This document shows, one piece after another, positions 57,390 to 64,000 of a stretch of DNA of 64,000 nucleotides. This DNA comes from Candidatus Thorarchaeota archaeon (GTDB taxonomy: Archaea; Asgardarchaeota; Thorarchaeia; Thorarchaeales; Thorarchaeaceae). The first letter of the stretch is position 1; each line of letters opens with the position of its first letter. The stretch spans positions 32,001-96,000 of the forward strand of contig JAEOTX010000039.1 of the NCBI GenBank assembly GCA_016839605.1, given 5' to 3'. The notes beneath the pieces are model-generated. The model was given only the letters and a program-made list of their open reading frames with translations. It was not told the DNA's origin and made no database searches. The translations under genes were made by a program, and so were the position numbers.

Positions 57390-58513
57390 TTGCCAACAGC
57401 CTCGCTACGAATCCTTTCGAAAATACGCTCAATCACTAGTTTAACATCTTTGTATTGGCCTATATGAATCAGACTCCCAGACCCTGCATCGGCTGTTGCC
57501 TGCATCAAAACCAAATCTGATTCGGTCCCCAATGCCACGCATGAAACTGAAACTCCATCAGTTGCACCAATTGTCCGTGCCACACTCACTGGATTGCGAC
57601 CTGATGTAAAAGCCCCTCCAGATATGAGCAAAACAACAGTGGGAAGATGATTCTGCGATCTTAATTCGTTTGCAATTTGAAGAGACATCTCCAAGGCTTT
57701 TCCGGGATTTGATGGTTCATCTTTTCGGTCATCATTTTGTGCGGAGAGCCATTCATGGATCTGGTTAAATGATTTTGAATTAAGCTCCAGTGCCATGTCC
57801 TCAACACTCTCTATTTGCTGGGGAGACTCACCAAAAGCGATGGCTGAAACCAAGGCGTTTGGACACGCACGAGCTGAGGATAATGTGGATTGAATTACGC
57901 TTAAGCCAGCTTCTAATCGAGTCTTTCTATGAGATTCATCATCCACTTCAACATCATCAATCTCAGATGACGCTCCGACATCGATTGCATAGCATATATT
58001 GAAGCAACTGGGCACATCTGCAAGAGCGGTGAGATTGACCTTCAGCAGCTGGTTCCATATGATTCTCGAAGCCTGCAATCCCTTAGCGACAGGGTTTGAT
58101 TTGTCAACTACCAGTCTTAGGCCAAGGCCAGCAATATCAATCCGTTGCCCAAGTTTAACAATCAGACCGTCAAGATGTTCCTTGAGATCTTCAACTTTCT
58201 TAGACACTTCATCTACAACTTTCTTGTTATCCAATCCTTTCAATGAATCCACAAGAAGAGCAAGTTCATTGCAATCGGGAATCTCCTCTGGAACTGCAGC
58301 CAAAGAAATCTCACAGTGTTCTTCGCATGCTAATTCATCGAATATTCGAGAATCGATTATTAAGGAGCCAGAATCTACTTGTTCTGATGTACGAATATCC
58401 GTATAGACTTCTACTCCTTGATAACTTAATAGTGCCGTTCTTACAGCAGTCACAGATGGATGCACAAATGATATGCCTCTCTGGTTTCGTCCTTTGACAG
58501 CTTCAAGCTCCAA
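57386..58513 (-). CDS. Cdc48-N-like + degenerate vWA protein (paralog of 50198-51478)
   Basis: GISFVHP...GSLIIDSR, LDGLIVKLGQ, FNICYAIDVGAS, TRLEA, ISGG...SG.NP, VALG. Confidence 0.75.
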   Translation of the reverse strand: MELEAVKGRNQRGISFVHPSVTAVRTALLSYQGVEVYTDIRTSEQVDSGSLIIDSRIFDELACEEHCEISLAAVPEEIPDCNELALLVDSLKGLDNKKVVDEVSKKVEDLKEHLDGLIVKLGQRIDIAGLGLRLVVDKSNPVAKGLQASRIIWNQLLKVNLTALADVPSCFNICYAIDVGASSEIDDVEVDDESHRKTRLEAGLSVIQSTLSSARACPNALVSAIAFGESPQQIESVEDMALELNSKSFNQIHEWLSAQNDDRKDEPSNPGKALEMSLQIANELRSQNHLPTVVLLISGGAFTSGRNPVSVARTIGATDGVSVSCVALGTESDLVLMQATADAGSGSLIHIGQYKDVKLVIERIFERIRSEAVGK

Positions 58514-58527
58514 AGCCTGCCACTCAC

Positions 58528-59670
58528 CTAATATAGACGCGTATTGTATATCGCAGTTGCGAGGGATTTGGAACCGTACATGACCTCAACACGCATGCTC
58601 GCTTTGCCCTTTTCATCTGACATTGGTGTGAGCTGCGATTCAATGTGTCGTTCAGAGTTGGGTCCAATTTCATGCTTCTCATTAGTAACCTCTGATACTC
58701 CTTCAGGAGTAATCAAGGTAACAACAAGCCTGATTCCAATAACGGCACGACTTGGATTCTTCACCCTCAAGTCAAACATGAATGGCCTTCCTGCAATTAG
58801 AGCATCAGGAACGTCTCCAAGTTCAACACTCATACCCATTTTTGATGCTGCAAGTGGACGTCCCTTTGGCCATCTAGCAATCTTACTAAGCTCAAGAAGC
58901 CGCGAGAGTGATGTCTTCACATCCCTGAGTTCCAATTCAAGCTGCACAGCTGCTTCCCCAATATCAAATGTCCCATCATTTGCCTCATAATATGCGAGGA
59001 CTCTGCGATCTGATTCAATTAGATCACTCACTCCCTCGAGGATTTGAAGAATAGCCTCTGGCAATTCGTGTGCCTCCTGAAGGGAATAGTATCGCCCTCC
59101 ATCAACTGAATCAGCGATGCCCTTGAATGACTCCCGAACAAGGGGGTTGCATCCGCAGATGAATATGAAGACGGTCTCTCCGTAGCGGCTCTTGAGGGCT
59201 TGCACTTCTCTACGAGGATCGTGTCCCTTTGGACACCCATCAGGGAAATAGTCATCGCCCAAGGTATTGTACGCTCTGCCATGAGGCGGCGCATCACCTA
59301 CAAGAAGCAGTGCTTTGTAGGCCTGCTCATCCCAGGAGAGCTTGGTCCGTGCATCATATAATCCATCAGCGACAGCCTCAGGTGTGTCACCACCCTGAGA
59401 AGGATTAAGATTTGATATCTCTCTGTGTACGTTCTTGAGACGATCCGAGAAATCGAATATGCGTGTCACATAGGAATGGTCCTGAGGCGGATGATCACGA
59501 TATGACACTATTGCGAAACGTATACTGAGACTCTTTGTTCGTGTAGTGATTTTGTCTACGATATCAAATAGACTATCTTTCACTGCACGAATGTCATCTT
59601 TCATTGAACCAGTCGTATCTACAACAAAGGCAACGTCAAGTTTGGCTCTATGCAGCCCAATCCTCTCCAT
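58528..59670 (-). CDS. vWA domain protein with wHTH and C-terminal Ig-like domain
   Basis: DTTGSM, YRDH, GGDTPEA, GDAPPHG; FDIGEAA..L.....DVKTSLSRL.EL wHTH; beta-sandwich C-terminus. Confidence 0.85.
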   Translation of the reverse strand: MERIGLHRAKLDVAFVVDTTGSMKDDIRAVKDSLFDIVDKITTRTKSLSIRFAIVSYRDHPPQDHSYVTRIFDFSDRLKNVHREISNLNPSQGGDTPEAVADGLYDARTKLSWDEQAYKALLLVGDAPPHGRAYNTLGDDYFPDGCPKGHDPRREVQALKSRYGETVFIFICGCNPLVRESFKGIADSVDGGRYYSLQEAHELPEAILQILEGVSDLIESDRRVLAYYEANDGTFDIGEAAVQLELELRDVKTSLSRLLELSKIARWPKGRPLAASKMGMSVELGDVPDALIAGRPFMFDLRVKNPSRAVIGIRLVVTLITPEGVSEVTNEKHEIGPNSERHIESQLTPMSDEKGKASMRVEVMYGSKSLATAIYNTRLY

Positions 59671-59744
59671 ATGAACCTAGAATATGCCACAATTAAGCCT
59701 TTGCTGACAGAGCAGACGTAGGAGATTTTAGTTGGTAAGGTTGG

Positions 59745-60143
59745 ATGAATGACAGTGTGTTTCGCATGAGTGAGAGCAACCTACTATTGGATTTGGAATT
59801 CGAAGGAGAACTCGTTCTGAATGTGGTTCTAGAGAGGATCAAGGCGCCCCTCATTGTCGAGGACATCAAATCAATGCTCCCTCTTGAAGGAAGAGCCGCG
59901 TTAATGCGAGATGAGATGCAAATAACTCTCGGCATCAGAAGAGGAAATATTAAACCAACCAAGGAAGTCAAGCGCGGAGACATAGCATACATGCCTTTAG
60001 GAGGAAACCTTTGCATCTACGTCACTGACAAAACCACGTTTAGCCCAGTTACAATCATTGGACATGTAGAATCCAAAGGTGATGAGCTGGATGGATTGAA
60101 GAACATCAGACGAGGAAGCAAAGCGGTACTCAAGACTAATTGA
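59745..60143 (+). CDS. cyclophilin-like fold protein (TM1367/DUF369-like)
   Basis: LPLEG, V.RGDIAY.P.G..LCIY, SPV.IIG. Confidence 0.8.
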   Translation: MNDSVFRMSESNLLLDLEFEGELVLNVVLERIKAPLIVEDIKSMLPLEGRAALMRDEMQITLGIRRGNIKPTKEVKRGDIAYMPLGGNLCIYVTDKTTFSPVTIIGHVESKGDELDGLKNIRRGSKAVLKTN

Positions 60144-60149
60144 CTTGCT

Positions 60150-60704
60150 CTAAAGACCCTGCTGCAAGTTGCGAAGAAGAAGCTCATTTTCATCAGGCTC
60201 TATCACGGTGGGATCTACGACTATACCTGGCTCATTAGCCTCAATGACTACATCAATACCAGATTGACTGACTTTCTTTATTCCTGAGTGCGATAGTGCT
60301 CTTACGCGTAGTTGTGTGGTGTCAAACTCGGTTCTATCTGCCGCTTCAACCGCCTTTACATCTCTGCGCAGTTTCGTCTTTGTTATTCTGAGCTGTTCCT
60401 TTAATTGAACCAGTTGGAGCTGAAGATCGATTCGCTCCCGATCTGCCTCTTCGAATTTTGCTACCACATCATCATACTGGGTCTTTGAAACCAATTTCTG
60501 ACTCTGATCAATCCAAGTTATGGTGGTGCCATCAAACCGACGTTTTGTCGACACTTGTCCTAAAGCTTTGAGTACAGCAATCACATCATAGATTCGACGC
60601 TTAGGAGTGGCGAGCTGTTCAGCTAAAACATCGCTTCTAACGCCTTCCTCCCCACATTCCTGAATTATTCTAACCGCAGTCTTCGCCAAATCTACAAGTT
60701 TCAA
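60150..60704 (-). CDS. E2F/DP-family winged-helix transcription factor homolog with coiled coil
   Basis: L..L.K..V.IIQE...LA..L...KRRIYDV..VL..LG.V......I.W matches the E2F DNA-binding domain; heptads follow. Confidence 0.85.
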   Translation of the reverse strand: MKLVDLAKTAVRIIQECGEEGVRSDVLAEQLATPKRRIYDVIAVLKALGQVSTKRRFDGTTITWIDQSQKLVSKTQYDDVVAKFEEADRERIDLQLQLVQLKEQLRITKTKLRRDVKAVEAADRTEFDTTQLRVRALSHSGIKKVSQSGIDVVIEANEPGIVVDPTVIEPDENELLLRNLQQGL

Positions 60705-60961
60705 AGTCGCACCCCACTGACAAGCCGGCGAGAGTCTCCACAGAGCACTCTTCCTCTATAGGATTCATCTACTCTATTTAAAGGTAGGTGTTATCTCTGC
60801 GATTTTCCGAACTAATTAACTGATAACCTTAATTATAATTATCGGACGGGTTCGTCGAAAAATCGACGGTTTCGTATTACTTACACCTACCGCTAATTAC
60901 TTAACTCGCGTCTTTGGCAAAAGAACGCAGGTTTCATACAAGTTTCTGCGGAGAGATTGCT

Positions 60962-62296
60962 ATGACCAGAAAAAAAGTTATCATCATGGGTGCAGCAGGC
61001 CGGGACTTCCACAACTTCAATGTGTTCTTTCGAAACAACGAAGACTATGAGGTTGTTGCGTTCACTGCTGAGCAAATACCGGGTATTGGGGATAGATTGT
61101 ATCCTCCAGAGCTATCTGGAGATCTCTATCCTGACGGCATCAAAATCTACCCAGAAGAGAAGCTACCAGAACTAGTCGAGAAATTTGAAGCTGAACAGTG
61201 CATTCTGGCATATTCTGACCTGTCCTATGATACGGTGGGTCACAAGATTGCTTGGGTGAATAGTATTGGTGCAGACATTAGACTCATGGGCACTAACACT
61301 ACGATGTTGAAAAGCAAGAAGCCACTTGTAGCAATCTGTGCCGTAAGAACTGGATGCGGAAAGAGCCAGACCTCTCGACGAGTGAATCAGATTCTTGTTG
61401 ATATGGGACTTAAGCCTGTTAACATACGCCATCCGATGCCATACGACCCCGACCTTACGACCCAGATAGCACAGCGCTACGAGGTTCTGGGAGACTTGGA
61501 CAAGTATAATTGCACGATTGAAGAACGTGAAGAGTACGAACCCATGATCAACATGGGCGTGATCCTCTATGCTGGGGTTGACTACGGTGAAATTCTGAGC
61601 CAAGCTGAGGAGGAAGCAGATGTAATAACTTGGGATGGAGGGAACAATGACTTTTCCTTCTATCGCCCAGACCTGTTCATCGTAATCGCAGATCCACACA
61701 GACCAGGGCATGAAGTGTCCTACTATCCAGGAGAAACCAACCTCATAATGGCGGATGTTGTCATCATCAATAAGGTTGAAACTGCGGACTATGATTTCGT
61801 GGAAGAAGTTAGGGATAACATCATGCGTGTCAATCCAGGTGCGGTCATCATAGAAGCTGCCTCACCTGTCACTGTAGAAGACATGAGTGTGATTCGTGGA
61901 AAGAGAGTGCTTATTGTGGAGGATGGACCCACAGTCACACATGGAGATATGCCATATGGAGCGGGATACATCGCAGCAAGAAAGGCAGGGGCTGAAATTG
62001 TAGACCCAAGGCCATTCGCGGTAGGCTCTATTAAGGACACTTTTGAGAAGTACTATCATCTTGAGGATGTCCTACCAGCAATGGGATACGGTAAGACGCA
62101 GATGAAAGAGCTTGAAGATACAATCAACAAAGCAGACGTGGATGCTGTAGTAATTGGCACTCCGATTGATCTGGGGCGACTCATCAAGATCAATAAACCA
62201 AGTGTTAGAATCAGATATGACCTACAGGAGATTGGTAGGCCTAATCTCGAAGACATTCTTGCTGAGTTTGTTGAGAAAAAGGGCTTGAAGAAATAG
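60962..62296 (+). CDS. COG2403 P-loop NTPase (cyclic 2,3-DPG synthetase-related; ArcE arginine synthetase-like)
   Basis: MGAAGRDFHNFN, AVRTGCGKS, RHPMPY, TIEEREEYE, WDGGNND, EDGPT.THG, LPAMGY; ATG at 60962 after GGAG. Confidence 0.85.
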   Translation: MTRKKVIIMGAAGRDFHNFNVFFRNNEDYEVVAFTAEQIPGIGDRLYPPELSGDLYPDGIKIYPEEKLPELVEKFEAEQCILAYSDLSYDTVGHKIAWVNSIGADIRLMGTNTTMLKSKKPLVAICAVRTGCGKSQTSRRVNQILVDMGLKPVNIRHPMPYDPDLTTQIAQRYEVLGDLDKYNCTIEEREEYEPMINMGVILYAGVDYGEILSQAEEEADVITWDGGNNDFSFYRPDLFIVIADPHRPGHEVSYYPGETNLIMADVVIINKVETADYDFVEEVRDNIMRVNPGAVIIEAASPVTVEDMSVIRGKRVLIVEDGPTVTHGDMPYGAGYIAARKAGAEIVDPRPFAVGSIKDTFEKYYHLEDVLPAMGYGKTQMKELEDTINKADVDAVVIGTPIDLGRLIKINKPSVRIRYDLQEIGRPNLEDILAEFVEKKGLKK

Positions 62297-62303
62297 AGAA
62301 TTA

Positions 62304-62325
62304 CACCCGGGAAGCTTCCCGGGTG
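62304..62325. terminator. perfect 22-bp palindrome between convergent genes (possible bidirectional terminator)
   Basis: CACCCGGGAAGCTTCCCGGGTG equals its own reverse complement. Confidence 0.6.
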
Positions 62326-62334
62326 AGAAGCTCT

Positions 62335-63261
62335 TTACCAATACTCCTGCTCTGTCTGAACAGTTCTTGCCGCTAGGTCCTTGTACAAAACAGCTTGGTA
62401 AATGTAAGTCAGGGGAGTTATTAGCAACGTAGCTGTAAAAGGAGTAATGAGCAAAGTAAGATCGCTTCCTAGGAACATTATAAGCCCAAACTCAATTGCC
62501 AGTGTGATAACCATCAAGATGATGTGGAAAAGAACGATTCCTCCTAGAGTATGCATGAAGTTGCTCTTTGTTAGACTCACTGTTCTACTGATCGACCCAC
62601 CGACACTCTTGTCTTCTTCCATTACTACAGCTGCATTCGGATAGAATATTGTCACGACAAGGATGTACACAATTGCCATTACCAGAAGCATTCCAGATGC
62701 TTGCGTCATCGCATCAAGGTCCATGATCAGCATTGCATCCAGCATCGCAAGAAGCGATTGCTGAATCGGTATCATAATCACGGCATATATCGAGCCAATA
62801 ATCAGAATGACAGATAGGAGAGTTGGGAATCGTTCCAGTGCAGAGGAAACTCCGGATCCCATAGCGGAATCCTGGCCAGTATATGTTCTCAGCGCAATGT
62901 TGATTGCCGCACCGAGTATGAGTATATTCAGGACGAAACCAATCAGCATCAAGACGCCGCCTACACCCACAAAAGGACCATAGACTCCAGGAGGAATTGG
63001 TTCATCTAGGAGTAAGAATGTGCCCCAAATGAAAGAAACCGGTTCTGAGCCTAGATATCCAATGTATAGAAGCATCGTAGGGAAAATAAAGTACATAATT
63101 GAGCTGAACACGAAGCTATAGATTACAGGTATTATCATGAGGCCTACGTAAGCAGAGATTCTCTTTCCATACAGGCTTAAGACTGTTGAAATCTGAGTGC
63201 TCACTCCAATTGCATATTGGTCCTCGGTAGAAATCGGTTTCTGATCATCCTCGATTGCCAA
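62335..63261 (-). CDS. multi-pass membrane protein
   Basis: About 6 TM helices; E..S...SI.R..SL.K and LY.DL patterns typical of DUF975/GPDPase-membrane-like proteins. Confidence 0.75.
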   Translation of the reverse strand: MAIEDDQKPISTEDQYAIGVSTQISTVLSLYGKRISAYVGLMIIPVIYSFVFSSIMYFIFPTMLLYIGYLGSEPVSFIWGTFLLLDEPIPPGVYGPFVGVGGVLMLIGFVLNILILGAAINIALRTYTGQDSAMGSGVSSALERFPTLLSVILIIGSIYAVIMIPIQQSLLAMLDAMLIMDLDAMTQASGMLLVMAIVYILVVTIFYPNAAVVMEEDKSVGGSISRTVSLTKSNFMHTLGGIVLFHIILMVITLAIEFGLIMFLGSDLTLLITPFTATLLITPLTYIYQAVLYKDLAARTVQTEQEYW

Positions 63262-63320
63262 TTAATCCACCTTTACGGCGGAGCACTTCCTGTCTCTTAT
63301 AATATCTCCGGACATGACAT

Positions 63321-64000
63321 CTATGCTGGCTTCGGACGAGCATCAAAAATCTCCATGAACTTCATCCCGCCTGCTCTCTCAAGTAATTCCTCAAATGACA
63401 CAATGAATACAGTTGGTGTTACTTCCGTGCTAGTTTTCGTAACCTTCTGAATCTCAAGGATGAGCGATTCATAGTTACCTTTTGGTCCTGATTTTGGAGC
63501 CACATAGAGGTTCAGTACGTCCATACTGTATGGGTCACTCATATCTTCCTTAGCAACTTCAATCTGCATCTCCTCAATCTCTGCAAGCTTGAGCAGATCT
63601 GTCCTCAACGCAGTGAGATTAACTGTAGCACCCTTAATCTTCTTCTCAGCTAGACCCATTACTTCAATCTGAGCCTGCGCATCATTTGTGCGTCCAATGT
63701 CCCAGAAGAAGGGACCATCTATTCCGCAGCATGGGCATTTTCCACGTTCATGCTTTGAAGCCACATCTCCCAATAGAAAGCCTTCAAAGACAGTGCCAGT
63801 ACTGTCCAGATGAAAGAGCAATGTATGACCTGGCTCATCCTCTCCTACAAACTCGTAACTACCATCGTCATTCAGTCTGACAAATTCCCAAGACATCATG
63901 AGAGGTGATAGGTTGTGATAAGGCCCATTGTATTCACACTGAACTGCAAACGAAATCTTGCTCTCTGAGGATGCATACCCGCCTACAATTCGTACTTCTT
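63321..64000 (-). CDS. hypothetical protein, 5'-truncated by the window edge
   Basis: Frame stays open from 63899 to the window end (EVRIVGGYASS...LMMSW); contains CPCCG. Confidence 0.65.
   Translation of the reverse strand, partial: EVRIVGGYASSESKISFAVQCEYNGPYHNLSPLMMSWEFVRLNDDGSYEFVGEDEPGHTLLFHLDSTGTVFEGFLLGDVASKHERGKCPCCGIDGPFFWDIGRTNDAQAQIEVMGLAEKKIKGATVNLTALRTDLLKLAEIEEMQIEVAKEDMSDPYSMDVLNLYVAPKSGPKGNYESLILEIQKVTKTSTEVTPTVFIVSFEELLERAGGMKFMEIFDARPKPA

Noticed and set aside
1-64000. CRISPR arrays, tRNA/rRNA genes, IS elements, selenoprotein TGA read-through
   Set aside because: None recognised by eye; intergenic gaps are short and show no spaced repeats. A tRNAscan/Infernal run would be needed to exclude them formally

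Overview
Gene-dense archaeal chromosomal window. It is most likely from an Asgard archaeon, probably Thorarchaeota-like; this is inferred from an Snf7/ESCRT-III gene, an E2F/DP-like winged-helix gene, frequent TTG/GTG starts after GGAGG/AGGTGA sites, and a Pro/Thr-tethered peptide-binding protein. The first ~48 kb are mostly housekeeping: AOR plus Fe-S partner, ilvE, gdhA, dcd, udp, wecB, surE, thrC, HAD phosphatases, PGI/PMI, an opp/dpp ABC system and SPFH-NfeD. No rRNA, tRNA, CRISPR or mobile element was recognised. Main points: (1) A cluster at 48.9-59.7 kb holds a HEAT-repeat protein, three Cdc48-N-like+vWA proteins (the N-terminal architecture described for GATOR1 Iml1/DEPDC5), an intact amidohydrolase, a divergently encoded dead fusion of amidohydrolase and Cdc48N-vWA paralogs, and a vWA-wHTH-Ig protein. 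(2) An E2F/DP-like factor with KRRIYD and a coiled coil lies next to it. (3) A chlD-like gene has an A11 slippery run with immediate stops in both shifted frames, plus a transmembrane hairpin. (4) Two tandem candidate sRNA hairpins with CU-rich loops each have a correctly spaced TATA box. (5) A GCS2/YbdK ligase is fused to Ig-like domains and paired with a degenerate N-formylglutamate-amidohydrolase-like gene. All calls come from motif reading by eye; no searches were run.
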